A stretch of DNA of 64,000 nt from Eledone cirrhosa (Eukaryota): NCBI GenBank assembly GCA_964016885.1, contig OZ024741.1, forward strand, positions 379,812,001 through 379,876,000, read 5' to 3'. The notes under the pieces were generated by a model. It made no database searches, had not been told where the DNA came from, and saw only the letters and a program-made list of their open reading frames with translations. Positions 1-14,000 of this stretch are shown here, piece by piece (position 1 is the first letter of the stretch; every line of letters begins with the position of its first letter). Made by a program: the position numbers and the translations under genes.

Positions 1-1377
1 AATGAGGCACCATGTCAAATGCCTTTTAGTAGTCTATCCATCCCATGGCAAGACCAGTGTGTCTCCTCTTGCAATTCCTCATTACCATCTTATCAATAAG
101 TAACTGGTCCTTTGTACCACGGGACTTTTTCGGCATCCTTTCTGTTCGTCCGGTAACAAGTTGTTTGTGTGGAGGTGATGGTAGATTCCCTCAGACATAA
201 TGCTTGTCAACAGTTTCCACATTACGGACAGACATGTGATAGGTCTATAGTTGGTAACATCATTACCCTTGATTCGGTCTTTCAATACCAGAACTGTGGT
301 ACCTTTTGTCTACCACTCTGGTACCTCACCTGACATCGCGCAGTCATTGAACATGGTTGTCATTTGCGGGTGGAGGGATGTTATATTTTTAATCCAATAC
401 CCCTGCACACCATCTGGGCCTGGTGATTTCCAGTTGGTTAGTCTTTTGGCCTGCCCCTTAAGAGTTTCAACTGTGATACTCAAATCAGTTTGTTGGTGTG
501 CCTGTTCACTAATCTCCTTTTGAACTGTCTCAATCCACACTGCCTGGTCATTATGTTTAACATCCTGCTCCCATATTCCTCTCCGGAATGTCTTAGTTGT
601 TCCGCCTCAGGGATCAAGTCGTTGCCTCTTTCTTTCCCTTCAAGCTGTCCAAACAGCATCTTCTGGTTGTTGTCAAACATGCAGTTCTGTCTATACTGAC
701 TGACTCTGCTCTCGTATCGCCTAATTTTTGCACTCTTTGCTACAATGCGTTGCTTCAGTTCCTCTATGATAATATTTAGCTTTTTCCTCATAGTTTTGTA
801 CTTTATTTCCAGTCTATTTTTAGTGTCTATGTTTTTTAGTGTCCCATTCAGTAGGGACTCAAGCTTTCCAATGTCATTTCTCATTTCCCTGATTTGACCA
901 TTCAGTGGTTTCTTCCACCAAGGTTCTGATCGTTCTTGTTTGTTGTTTCCTCTCGCTTTTATGCCAAGTAATTTCTTCACCGCATTTGCTGTTGCTTTGA
1001 GGCTATTGTTGCACTGGTGAAGGCTCCTCGCCTCAAGGTATGAGATGACTTTGTTTACCTTAACTGCTGTTTCTTTTAATTTGTTCCTGTCTACAAATCT
1101 TAGGTTCATAGGTTTCCCACTATCATTGTTCATCTACCACTAAGTTTAGTATTTCAACCAAACCTTGTTCTAGCACGTCAGCATTCATCTCCTCAATGGC
1201 CGTATCTTTGTTCCACGTATTATTTATTTCAGCATTCAGATTATTTTCTGCTTCGGGTGGTTCCTCCGTTCTCTCAACCTCTTCACCTTCATTTCCCACT
1301 GACTCGTTTGCCTGGCATACTCCATTCTCCATTTCCAACCTAATCTCTCTGCTCAGTTCCTCCAGGACCAGCTCGCA

Positions 1378-1378
<1 letters not shown>
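1..1378 (-). mobile_element. R4/Dong-clade non-LTR retrotransposon copy 1, N-terminal/early RT region, frameshifted; runs off the left edge
   Basis: Minus-strand ORF pieces 1123-1378, 480-1133, 310-540 and 82-285 carry EPWWKK, WKSPGPDGVQGYWIK, NYRPITCL and EQKGC, typical R4/Dong pre-RT and RT motifs; 5' end abuts (ATT)n. Confidence 0.85.

Positions 1379-1453
<75 letters not shown>
1379..1453. repeat. (ATT)n/(TAA)n microsatellite, retrotransposon target site
   Basis: Perfect triplet repeat separating two Dong copies. Confidence 0.98.
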
Positions 1454-1454
<1 letters not shown>

Positions 1455-3033
1455 CTTGAATCTCAGTCATTGATGTTAGTTAACAAGAAAGTCCGTTGGA
1501 ATGAATATCAAGCCACTACCTGCAGCCTCAGATATTCAGGACGTATCGGAGGGTTCTTGCTGTTCCCAGCAAGCATGCCTTTTGAAGCGTTCCAAAAAGC
1601 GTGTAAGGGCCGATTTTCTTTAACCATCCCTGGAAACTTTTGGAGATGGTCCCCACTGCGCCTATGACAATCGGGATCACTTTGACTTCATGGCAGTTCC
1701 AAATCCTTTTTACCTCCCACTTTAAGTCCTGGTATCGGTTAATTTTCTCCCTCTCCTTCTCTTGCACTCTCGTGTTGAATGGGCAGGCCACATCCACAAT
1801 CAGACACGATCTTTTTTCTTTGTCCACAACCACCAGGTCAGGTCTATTGTGTTCCAGTTTCTTGTCCGTCTGTATCCTAAAATCCCACAGCACCTTCACC
1901 TGATTGTTTTCTATCCCCGCCTCTGGCTTATGCTCATACCATTTCTCAGAATGTGGTAAATTGTTTACTTTGCACAGGTCCCAGTGGATCACCCTGCCCA
2001 TCACATCATGTCTCCAGCCCTTATAGTGGGTCTGGGCTAGGTGTTTACGCTCGGATACAATGTGAGCCACAGTCCCTCTCTCTCTCCACAGATCCTGCAC
2101 AGTGGGCTAGCCTCCTCCTTGTAAATATGGTGTTTTAACCACTTCGTTTTGAGGGCCTGCTCCTGCGCAGCCATTAACATTCATTCGGTAGCCTTTTTGA
2201 GGTCTCCTCTTCTCAACCAGTTCCATGTCTGTGGATCTCTGAATTCAGTTTTCTCAAAGAAGGTACTATGAAGGGATTTTTCCCTGAAGGCTGCTCTTTC
2301 TCCTTGATGTTATTTCCTCCTTGGACATCCCCTGGCCTATTGTCCCCTCCTTCAGTACAGTTCTGAGCATTGGTTCCTTACTATCAGTCACGTATTTCTG
2401 TAGGTTGTTTTTCTCCATCTGTACACAGTCCTCTATGCTGATAAGACCTCTTCCACCCTCAAATCTCCTTAGGTAGAGTCTATCGACATCACTCCTCTTG
2501 TGGAACATGTTGTAGATAGTCAATAGCTTCCTAGTCTTCCTATCCATTTCTTTTTGTTCAGCAACATTCCATCTCAGAATTCCCGCACTGTACCTAATAA
2601 TAGACACAGCTCGGGAATTTACTGCGCTTATGGCATTTCTGCTGTTCAGATGTGACTTTAATACGCTCCTTACTCTCCGAATGTATTCAGTTCTTAACAA
2701 TTCCTTCATTTTTTTGTTCTTTATGCCATCAGCCTCCAGAACGCCCAAATACTTGTATCCTTCCTCAGAGTCAATTTCCTTTATCATCTCACGTGTTGGT
2801 ATCTGGATTCCGTTACTTCTGCTCAACCTACCCATCCTCATCACAATGACTCCACACTTACTAATACCAAACTGCATACATATATCACTGCTGAAAACAC
2901 GGACAGTGTCAACAAGCACATCCAACTCCTTCTCACTCTTCCCGAAGAGCTTAAGATCGTCCATGAAGAGGAGGTGATTGATGGTAAGCTCTCCCTTTCC
3001 CAACTTGTATCCTGCTCTCACTTTTCGCAGCAT
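1454..3033 (-). mobile_element. R4/Dong-clade LINE copy 2, 5'-truncated (RT C-terminus + zinc knuckle + restriction-like endonuclease + 3' UTR)
   Basis: HLLFMDDLKLF, YKYLG and GGRGL (2266-3033); RHD and NRPDLVVVDKEKRSCLIVDVACP..EKINRYQDL PD-(D/E)xK nuclease (1528-2100); 3' UTR ends GAGATTCAAGG + (AAT)n. Confidence 0.92.
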
Positions 3034-3058
3034 AATTATTATTATTATTGTTGTTATT

Positions 3059-3482
3059 CCTTGAATCTCAGTCATTGATGTTGGTTAACTGGAAAGTCCG
3101 TTGGAATGAATATCAAGCCACTACCTGCAGCCTCAGATATTCAGGACGTATCGGAGGGTTCTTGCTGTTCCAAGCAAGCATGCCTTTTGGAGCGTTCCAA
3201 AAAGCGTGACGGGGCCGATTTTCTTTAACCATCCCTGGAAACTTTTGGAGATAGTCCCCAGTGCGCCTATGACAATCGGGATGACTTTGACTTCATGGCA
3301 GTTCCAAATCCTTTTCACCTCCCACTTTATGTCCTGGTATCGGTTAATTTTCTCCCTCTCCTTCTCTTGCACTCTCGTGTCGAAAGGGCAGGCCACATCC
3401 ACAATCAGACACGATCTTTTTTCTTTGTTCACAACCACCAGGTCAGGTCTATTGTGTTCCAGTTTTTTGTCCGTCTGTATCC
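3059..3482 (-). mobile_element. R4/Dong-clade LINE copy 3, short 3' fragment (RLE C-terminus + 3' UTR)
   Basis: Near-identical to 1454-1878; flanked by (ATT)n at 3034-3058 and 3483-3536. Confidence 0.92.
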
Positions 3483-3488
3483 ATTATA

Positions 3489-3536
<48 letters not shown>

Positions 3537-3745
3537 GGCGACCTACGTAGGAAATCGTATTATCGTGAGCTCCGCAAAGGTTTGTTATTTCCGTTTGTTT
3601 AAAAATTGCCATTTATGGAAAATTTTATTGTTAACTGTTTATAAGCACACATACATTGTTTTCCGAAAAGGACACCTAAAAAGATTGGGGCCTTGTGCCC
3701 AAAATTTTAACTTTTATTATTATCAAAAAATTTCTTTGTAAAAAA

Positions 3746-5730
3746 ATGGCTACTTCATCTCTGCACGAAGCAGCTGAAAGCCTTCCTCACAAAATAACAC
3801 CTCACACCGACACCACCATTGTAAATGTTACTACGTTTGCCAACACAAAAAAAAATATAAGCAGTAGCAATATTTTAAATTTGTCTCAGGCAGACATTCA
3901 TTTCCCGCCATTACCAATGACTGCAGGTGTTAAAGCCTCCACCACCACCACCACCGCGATAACCACCACCACCACCACCACCGCGACAACAGAAACAAAA
4001 GAAGAAAAAAATAAATTAACTCGTGATGTCGAAATGAAATCAAGCAAAATGGACTCTTCCACACCAAAGACGACTGACGTCACCACCACCACAACTGAAA
4101 ATAAAATTAATATTAACGATAGCAACAACAACAATGACATTATAAACCCCCCCCCCCCTCAGTTTCGACAGAGTAGCAAAACAATTCGAAGCATTTACCG
4201 TAACTCAAGAAGATTTAGAAAATGCCAAACAAATGGTAAAGAAAGATGGGTACAGGGTCAGCCCCCCCCCCACACCTAATAAAATGGAGCATCGGCGCCT
4301 ATGCACCGTGTCGTATAGAACAATAAATGTAAAATCGCGCCGAGTGGAACGGGCATCCGAGTCCCAAATCTAAAAAGCTTTGGGACATGTGTGGGCAAGA
4401 AAAACCCACATCAGACGTGGGCAAAAGTATGGAACCGTGGATGTGTTCTTTGAAACACCAGAGGAGGCTAGAGAACACTCCATGGCCCCATTAAAAAGTG
4501 ACGACTTCACACTCGTCCCAAGCTATTGTGGCCAGAGACTCGTAAAGATCAGGGTGACCCACGTTCCACCGGCCATCGAAATTCCCTGGCTAATAGCGGC
4601 TGTCCTCGCCGGCATCGAAACCAACACGAAAATAATAGCAATAGCAAAAGAAAAGCAGGAAAACTGGTCCGGATCTGGGATGGAGCTCCTGATCCAAGCG
4701 GACCAAAAAAGCATTGAGGAGATCCCAGAGGTAATAGACCTCACTGACGGCAGCCACCTCACGGTAATTGTCGAGGGCAGAAGACCTAGGTGTGTCGTTT
4801 GTGGTGAAGGAACCCACCTAAGGGCTTTCTGCCCTTAGGCTAAAAGATTGAGGCCACCTCTCCTACCCACCCCAGTGACACAACCATCAACACCACCAGT
4901 AGCAGAGATGGCAGCAACAGCTGTAGCAGCAACAACAGAAGCAACTATAACAGCAACAACCCCAGCAACAGTAGCAAAACCAACACCACTACCACCACCA
5001 GCAAAACCAACACCACCACCCAACGCTTCAGAACTAGCACCAGCGCCTACACCATCCACCACACCACAACCAAAACTAACGGCTGTGGAGGATTTTCCAC
5101 TCCCCGGCCTATCACAACTGGAGACAGATTGTGACGACGAGGAGTGGGAAACGATATCCGGAAAAAAAAAAAGAAACCAAAAAAGAAAAAAATTCTCTTC
5201 CTTCCCCCTCCAAAAACAAAATACAGAGGGAAACAAATAAACTAAGAAACAAAAAAGTTAGGACAGATATGCCACCATCCACACCAGCATCACCAACCCC
5301 ATCAACCCAAACACCAACACCATCACCATCATTAACTCCAACACCACCATCACCTACACCACAAAAGTCACCAAAATGCGAAACAGAAACAAACCCACAA
5401 CAAACGCAAACAAAACAAAACAACCAAAACGATACACACTACACAGCATTAAATTTGAACAACAAGCAATTATTGCACTACATCCAACACAACACCAGCA
5501 TCACAGAAAAAGACTACACAACAACCCCAAAATTCACACCACCTCCACACATACAAATCACTCGCATCACACATAAAACGTACATGACACTAAAACAAAA
5601 ATTCCCCAAAGACATCGGAGACTTCCGACAAGCACTCTCCAGGAGGATTTATAAGGACATCCTTCCTGAGGAGGCCACAAGCAGTGAAAAGGATGGAAAA
5701 ACCGTCCTTCCCCTACGAGAAGTAAGGTAA
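3746..5730 (+). pseudogene. Tx1 ORF1 (gag-like, CCHC zinc knuckle, P/T-rich), disrupted
   Basis: MATSSLHE... start; GRRPRCVVCGEGTHLRAFCP (CX2CX4HX4C); breaks near homopolymers (~4146, ~5162) and stops at ~4370 and 4836; ends REVR-TAA. Confidence 0.8.
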
Positions 5731-5764
5731 GTGGTCTTTCCCATCTTTTCCACTCCTTTTCAAC

Positions 5765-8700
5765 ATGACCTCACTCAGAATAGGCAGCATAAATGCGCGT
5801 GGCTTGGGGTCGTCATGGAAGCAGGGCCACCTGCTCAACGACCTCAGGTCACTAAACATAGATGTAGTGGCCATCAGCGAGACCAGAATCTCCGAAGCAC
5901 AGGCTTTCGCACCGATCTTCGGCGGCTACGATGTGTACGCATCTCCCAGCCGTCCGGGATCGGGGGGAGGAGTTGCTGTGCTTTTTCGGAGAGGTTTGGA
6001 TCTTGCCATGCGGGCCATCTTCCTGGACCCAGAAGGTAAGTTGTTGGTGCTGGACGTGACCAGCGGAGACGGGCAAGCTTTCAGGTTAGTGGCCGTCTAT
6101 GCCCCGACAGGACAGGGCGGCCTGATTTCTTCCGGCGTCTGGAGACCTTTCTTGGAACGTCCCGCTCTTTAATGTTAGTGGGCGACTGGAACGGGATCTT
6201 AGATGCACGATGGGATTGTGTGGGATTAGTGGATAGGGAAGGAGGGTGCAAGAGTCTCACCAACCTGCTCAGACGTTTTGAACTGTCTGACAGGTACCGA
6301 ATGGATTTCCCGAATGTACCAATGTGGACTTGGACAAATCGCATAGGGTCATCCAGATCATATCTAGATAGAGTATTTTGTAGGGAAATAGATAGGTCTA
6401 GCATAGGCTGTCCACAATTCAAGATAGTCAGCTACACGGACCACAAATTCGTGATCTGTGTGCTTGACTTAGATAGGCTTCATAGACGAGGACCCGGCTA
6501 CTGGAAGCTAAACGCGTCCTTACCAGCGCGCAAGGCCTACAGAGACCGGATTAGCGAACTAGTTAAGCGGGCGTTGACGGGGGCCATCGTCAACAACAAG
6601 TGGTGGTTTGCTCTGAAAAGAGCAATTAGAATAGAGTCCATTAGGTCTAGTAAGACTTTAGCAATAGAGAAAAATAGAGCAGAGGGAGAATTAGTTAGAA
6701 AAGTAGATGAGGCGCTTAGCAAAGGCATCGCGACCGACGTACTTGCGGCGAAATTGGCCCTTGACCAATTCTTCAATGCAAAGCACGAAGGCTGCGTTGT
6801 CAGAGCTAGGGTGCGTGCTCTCAGACACGAGGGGACGAAAGCCGTTCAATGGGCCCGAGTGGCGGAGGCGCGTCGTGGCAACAAAGCCACGATCCGGTCT
6901 TTGGTGGACCACGACGGGCGCATGCTACTCGATCCCGGGCAAATGTGTGAAGCTTTTCAGCGACACTTCGCTCAACTGTTCGGGGGCAGTGGCGGGCCGG
7001 ATCGAGGGATGGACTTTAGTGTCTACCTCGACGGACTGCCGCGGCTTTCGGCCACTGAGGCGGAGTGTTGCGAAAAGCCGATAACAACCGCTGAAGTACG
7101 GGATGCAATGACTAGTTGCACAAGGGGTAAATCGCCTGGTTTGGATGGTCTGCCCTATGAACTTTACGTACAAATGCCAAACTTGTTCGGAGGCCTCTTG
7201 GCGGACGTCTACTGCAACTGGCAACAGAACTGGAGAATTCCCAGCTCTGTGAGCCGAGGAGCGGTTGCGCTGCTGAGAAAGGATCCGAACAAGGGGGATA
7301 ACATAGATAATTTTAGGCCCATAACTCTGCTAAACACAGAGTTCAAGATTTTGGCCAAGGTGCTAGCAAAGAGGTTGGCGCTTGTCGTTGGTGGTCTGGT
7401 GGGAGAGGCACAGACATGCGCCATTTCCGACAGATCCATCCACGACAACCTCCACCTCATGCGATACATCGTAGAGAGGGTAGCTAGGGAACCTGGCACG
7501 GGTGGGTCTTTGATCAATTTAGATCAGTCGAAAGCCTTCGATAGGGTCGACCATCGTTACCTAGCGGCAGTCCTGAGGGCGGCTGGCTTTGGGCCCGTCT
7601 TCAGAGGCTGGATCGCTGCCATGCACAGCGACATCTGCTCTGTAGTGAGAGTGAACGGTCACCTTTCGGAACCGTTCAACATCATGCGCTCGGTCCGCCA
7701 AGGATGTCCCTTCTCGTCCCTATTGTACGTATTGACTCTCGAGCCATTACTGCACAAACTGGAGACGTTGACGGGGGTCCCGCGTGAACTAGGATGCGGA
7801 AGATCCGTGTCAGCATATGCCGACGATGTCACCGTAGTGGTGTCGAACGCCAAACACATCGAGGCGATCGGCACTACACTAAGAGAATACGAAGCGGTGA
7901 CAGGAGCAATGATCAACCAGGAAAAGTCAGTGGGCCTGCAGCTCGGCACCTGGAGAGGCAGGTCCATGCCGTCCAACAGCGTCGTCGGGCGCTGGACGGA
8001 CGGACCGGTTAAATTGCTAGGGGTCTGGTTCGGTCCAGACCTCCAGACGGACAAAAACTGGGACGAGGTGACGAGCAGGGTGGCTTCTCTCACCCAGAAA
8101 TGGGCCGAGAGGAAGCTATCCCTGAAAGGTCGAGCGGAGGTGGCGAATGCGTACATCGCATCCGTCATCTACTACCGCCTGACCGTCGTACCTTGTCCTA
8201 AGCCCCTCCTGACTGCGCTGGAGAGTTTGCTCTTTCGCTTCTTGTGGAAGGGACGCGCTCCGATGGTCAGGCGGTCCATCTGCTGTCAACACCCGCTACG
8301 TGGAGGGCTGGGCATGCCGTGGCTGATGATGCACAGACACGCGCTCAGGCTACGACATCTCCACCTCTTCCTCGACGGTGATCAGGTGTGGTCGCCGTTT
8401 GCAAGACACGTTTTTCCCCAGCTCGTCTCCTTGACGGAGCTGCAGTCCTGGGTCAAGCGAAGACCGAGAGGGAGCGCTTGGAGACTGGAATGTCTTCAGG
8501 CGCTCACAGCCCTCGACCAATCGGGCAATGTGATCGGTAGAAACTCCACCTTGGCGTTCTATAGAGGATTAGTGGAGGGGAAGAGCGACGACGTACTTGG
8601 AGAAACTCTAGGCGTCGACGAAAATCAACTAGCCAATCTCTTCGGAAGGACTTTCGGGCCGGGGCCTATGGACAACTTCCAGAAATCCCTGGCCTGGCAG

Positions 8701-9183
8701 TGCTACCGAGGAGCTTTGCCAGTTCGGGATAAACTCTACAGGCATGGAGGTGCCTTCAGCCGGGCATGTCCGAGATGCGCGCAGGGCGACGAAACCGTCC
8801 TGCACGCACTCATCCAGTGTCCGAGCATTGCTGACTTGTGGTTTTATGTCGAACACCTGCTGTCACGTGTAGGACGGATCCAGCTATCAGCTGAGTCCAT
8901 CGTGAGGATTGCACCGCCCTCTTCCTTTAGCCTGGAAGGGCAGGCAGTTTTTATCTGTCTGGTGGCCATGGCGAAAGAGATAGTATGGTGGACACGTTTG
9001 AAAGGGCTGAAGACGAGCACTTACCTCTTCGGTGATGCCCTGATTAACTTTTTCAAATTTCATTTGAAAAGGAAAATCAGGGTAGAGAGGGAAGTGCTCT
9101 CTTCCCAGCATTTTGTTGAAATATGGGTGAGAGAAGCAAGTATGGCCCGAATGAATGGGCCTTCTCTGAGTATGTGTCTGTAA
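5765..9183 (+). CDS. Tx1 ORF2: APE endonuclease + reverse transcriptase + C-terminal zinc finger; one 1-bp frameshift near 6112
   Basis: MTSLRIGSINARG, ISET, VYAP, GDWN, SYLDR, YTDH (APE); KSPGLDG, FRPITLLN, LDQSKAFDRV, RQGCP, AYADD (RT); CPRC..ETVLHALIQC; copy 2 has the missing G (GGAGCAGGG). Confidence 0.92.
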
Positions 9184-9425
9184 ATTAAAGGTGGAAAACT
9201 GGGAGAGGGCACTTGCCCTGGTGGTCAGGGCCACTGTGGTCTTTTAATGGGCTTTCTCCACAAATGTCCCTTGGAAGTCTCCCCCCTATTGGGGAATGTT
9301 TCTTTGTTATTTTATTTCAACCTCTGTTTTTTTACACGCAGAAATGCCCATTTGTACCGTCCTGTATTGTCCTGTACTGTCCTTAATGTCTACTTTATGT
9401 GAACCCTTGTGGTTAATAAAGAAAA

Positions 9426-9465
<40 letters not shown>

Positions 9466-9474
9466 GTTATTACT

Positions 9475-10994
9475 CTTTGAGTCTCAGTCATTGATGTTAG
9501 TTAATTGGAAAGTTTGTTAAAATGAATATCAAGCCACTACCTGCAGCCTCAGATATTCAGGACGTATCGGAGGGTTCTTGCTGTTCCCAGAAAGCATGCC
9601 TTTTGAAGCGTTCCAAAAAGCGTGAATGGGCCAATTTTCTTTAGCCATCCCTGGAAACCCTTTGAGATAGTCCCTAGTGCGCCTATGACAATCGGGATCA
9701 CTTTGACTTCATGGCAGTTCCAAATCCTTTTTACCTCCCACTTTAAGTCCTGGTATCGGGTAATTTTCTACCTCTCTTTCTCTTGGAATCTCGTGTCGAA
9801 TGGGCAGGCCACATCCACAATCAGGCACGATCTTTTTTCTTTGTCCAAAACCACCAGGTCAGGTCTATTGTGTTCCAGTTTCTTGTCCGTCTGTATCCTA
9901 AAAATCCACAGCACCTTCACCTGATCGTATTCTACCACCGCCTCTGGCTTATGCTCATACCACTTCTCGGAATTTTGTTATGTTGTTTACTTTGCACAGG
10001 TGCCAGTGGATCACCTTGCCCATCACATCTTGTATCCAGCCCTTATAGTGAGTCTGGGCTAGGTGTTTACACTCAGATACAATGTGAGCCACAGTCTCCT
10101 CTCTCTCTTCACAGATCCTGCACAGTGGGCTAGCCTCCTCCTTGTAAATGTGGTGCTTCAACCACTTCGTTTTGAGGGCCTGCTCCTGCGCAGCCATTAA
10201 CATTCCTTCTGTAGCCTTTTTAAGGTCTCCTCTTTTCAACCAGTTCCATGTCTGTGGATCTCTAAATTCAGTTCTCTCAAAGAAGGTACTATGAAGGGAT
10301 TTTTCCTGAAGGCTGCTCTTTCTCCTTGATGTTATTTCCTCCTTGGACATCCCCTGGCCTATTGTCCCCTCCTTCAGTACAGTTCTGAGCATTGGCTCAC
10401 TACAATCAGTCACGTATTTGTGTAGGTTGTTTCTTTCCATCTGAACACAGTCCTCTATGCTGATAAGACTTCTTCCACCTTCAGATCTCCTTAAGTAGAG
10501 TTTATCGACATCACCCCTCTTGTGGAACATGTTGTCGATAGTCAATAGCTTCCTAGTCTTCCTATCCATTTCTTTTTGTTCAGCAACATATCATCTCAGA
10601 ATTCCCGCATTGTACCTAATAATAGACACAGCTCGGGAATTTACTGCACTTATGGCATTCCTACTGTTCAGATGTGATTTTAATACGCTCCCTACTCTCC
10701 GAAAGTATTCAGATTTTATCAATTCCTTCATTTTTTTTGTTCTTGATTTCATCAGCTCCCAGAACACCCAAATACTTGTATCCTTCTTCAGTGTCAATTT
10801 CCTTTATTATCTCATCTGTTGGTCCCTGTATTCCGTTGCTTCTGCTCAATTTACCCCTCTTCATCACAAGAACTCCACACTTACTAATACCAAATTGCAT
10901 ACATATATCATTGGTGAAAATACGGACAGTGTCAACAAGCACATCCAACTCCTTCTCCATCTTCCCGAAGAGCTTAAGATCGTCCATGAAGAGG
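9475..10994 (-). mobile_element. R4/Dong-clade LINE copy 4, 5'-truncated at LFMDD, decayed
   Basis: Homologous to copy 2 throughout (MDDLKLF, CRICEEREETVAHIVSEC, RLE, same 3' UTR); (ATT)n on both sides. Confidence 0.9.
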
Positions 10995-11036
10995 ATTATT
11001 ATTGTTGTTGTTATTATTATTATTATTATTATTATT

Positions 11037-14000
11037 GGCTACCTACGCAGGAAATAGTGTTATCGTCAGCTAAGCTGGAAAATGTTTATTGTTAACTGTT
11101 TATGAAGTCACAAAATTTGCTTTCGGAAAAGGACAATTAAAAATAGTGAGGCCTTGAGCCCAAAATTTAAACTTTTATGATTATCATACAAAAACTTTCT
11201 TTGAAAAAATCATGGATGATTCACAGCCACACCTTCCTCACAAACTAACACCTCACACCGACACCACCATTGTATATATTACTACGTTTGCCAACACTAA
11301 AAATATAAGCAGTAGCAATAATTTAAATCTGTCTCATGCAAACATTAAATTTCCCGCCATTACCATTGACTGCAGGTGTTGAAGCCGCCACCCTCACCAC
11401 CAGCACAGCGACAACAGAAACAAAAGAAAAAAATAAATTATCTCGTGACATCGAAATGGATTCACCCAGAATGGACTCTTCCACACCAAACACCACCTAC
11501 GACAACTGAAACTAAAAATAACAATAACAAATTTAACAATAACAACAACAGCAACAACAACAATGAGAATAACACCATGTTGTTTGTCAAAGCCGCCAAA
11601 TAATACGTAAGCATCCAGGTAACTCAGGAGGAATTAGATGAAGGCAAGAGAATGGTAAAGAAATATGACTACAGGGTCAGCCTCACTCCCACACCAAGTA
11701 AAATGGAGCATCGGTGCCTATGCACCATGCCTTATCGGACGATTAACATAAAATCTCGCCGAGTGGAACGGGCATCCGAGTTCCAAATCCAAAAAGCTTT
11801 GGGACATGTGTGGGAAAAAAAGACCCACATCAGACGTGGGAAGAAATATGGAACCGTGGACGTGTTCTTTGGAACACCACAGGAGGCTAGAGAGCACTCC
11901 ATGGCCGCATTAAGAAGCGCCGACTTCACACTCATCCCAAGCTAATGTGGCCAGAGCCTCGTAAAGATTAGGGTGACCCACGTTCCACCGGCCATAGAAA
12001 TTCCCTGGCTAATGTCTGCCGTCTTCGCCGGCATCGAGTCCAACACCAAAATAATAGAAATAGCATTAAAAAAGCAGGAGAACTGGTCCGGATCTGGGAT
12101 GGAGCTCCCGATCCAAGCGGACCAAAAAGGCATTGAGGCGATCCCAGAGGTAATAGACCTCACTGCCGTCAGCTTCCTCACCGTAATCGTCAAGGGTAGA
12201 AGGCCTAGGTGTGTCGTTTGTGGTGAAGGAACCCACCTAAGGGTTTCTGCCCTCAGGCTAAAAAGTTGAGGCCACCTCTCTTACCCACACCAATGACTCA
12301 ACCATCAACACCACCAGCATCAGAAATGGCAGCAACAACTGTAGCAGTAACAATCCCAGCAACAGTAGCACAACCAACACCACCACCACCCAACGCTTCA
12401 GAACTAGCACCAGCGCCTACACCATCCACCACGCCACAACCAAAACCAACGTCTGTGGAGGACTTTCCACTTCCCGACCTATCGCAACTGGAGACAGATT
12501 GTGACGACGAGGAGTGGGAAACGGTATCATGAAGAAAGAAAAAAAAGAAAAAGAAGAGAAAAAATAAAATATCCTCTTCCTTCCCCCTCCAAAAACAAAA
12601 TACAGAGGGAAACAAATAAACTATCAAACAAAAAAGTTAGGACAGCTATGCCACCATCCACACCAGCATCACCAACCCCATCACCACAAACACCAACACC
12701 ATCACCATCATTAACCCCAACACCACCATCACCAACACCACAAAAGTCACCAAAAGGCGAAACAGAAACAAACCCACAACAAACGAAAACAAAACAAATC
12801 AACCAAAACGATACACACTACACAGCATTAAATTTGAACAGCAACCAATGATTACACTACATCCAACAACACCAGCATCACAGAAAAAGACTACACAACA
12901 CCCCAACATTTCACACTTCCTCCACACATACAAATCACTCGCATCACACAGAAAACGTACAAGACACTAAAACAAAAATTTCCCAAAGACATCGGAGACT
13001 TCCGACAAACACTCTCCAGTAGGATTTATAAGGACATACATACGGAGGAGGCCAGAGGCAGTGAAAAGGATGGACAAACCATCCTTCCTCTACGAGAAGT
13101 AAGGTAAGTGGTCTTTCCCATCTTTTCCACTACATTTCAACATGACCTCACTCAGAGTAGGCAGCATAAATGCGCATGGCTTGGGTTAGTCATGGAAGCA
13201 GAGCCACTTGCTCAAACGACCTCAGGTCACTAACCATAGACGTAGTGGCCATCAGCGAGACCAGAATTTCCGAAACACGGGCCTCCGCACCGATCTTCGG
13301 CGGCTACGATGTGTACGCATCTCCAGGCCGCCCTGGATCGGGGGGAAGATCTGCTGTAATTTTTCGGAGAGGTTTGGATCTCGCCATACGGGCCATCTTC
13401 CTGGACCCAGAAGGTAAGTTGATGGTGCTGGACGTGACCAGCGGAGACGGGCAAGCTTTCAGGCTAGTGGCCGTCTATGCCCCGACAGGAGCAGGGCGGC
13501 CTGATTTCTTCTGGCGTCTGGAGACCTTCTTGGAACGACCCGCTCTTTAGTGTTAGTGGGCGAATGGAACGGGATCTTAGATGCACGCTGGGACAGTGTG
13601 AGATTATCGGATAGGGGAGGAGGGTGCAAGAGCCTCACTAACATGCTCAGGCCATTCGAGCTGTCTGAGAGGTACCGATTGGATTTCCCGAATGTGCCAA
13701 TGTGGACCTCGACAAACCGCATCGGGTCATCCAGATCATTCCTAGATAGCGTATTTTGTAGGGAAGTTGATAGGTCTAGCATAGGCTGTCCACAATTCAA
13801 GATAGTCAGCTACACGGATCACAAATTCATGATCTGCGTGCTTGATTTTGATAGGCTTCATAGACGAGGGCCCGGCATGTGGAAGCTAAACGCGTCCTTA
13901 CCAGCGGGCAAAGCCTACAGAGACCGGATTAGCGAACTAGTTAAGCGGGCCTTGACGGTGGCCATCGTCAACAACAATTGGTGTTTTGCTCTGAAAAGAG

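Larger units (their letters stand above)
3537..9426 (+). mobile_element. Full-length Tx1/L1-clade LINE, family A copy 1, inserted in (ATT)n
   Basis: Starts GGCGACCTACG right after (ATT)n (same start as the copy at 11037); ORF1 + APE-RT ORF2; AATAAA at 9415-9420, then (ATT)n 9427-9471. Confidence 0.93.

Noticed and set aside
1123-1470. ORFs beginning MTEIQG-poly-Ile (also 2266-3075) as real N-termini
   Set aside because: Chimeric read-through from the upstream Dong 3' UTR across (ATA)n into a truncated copy.
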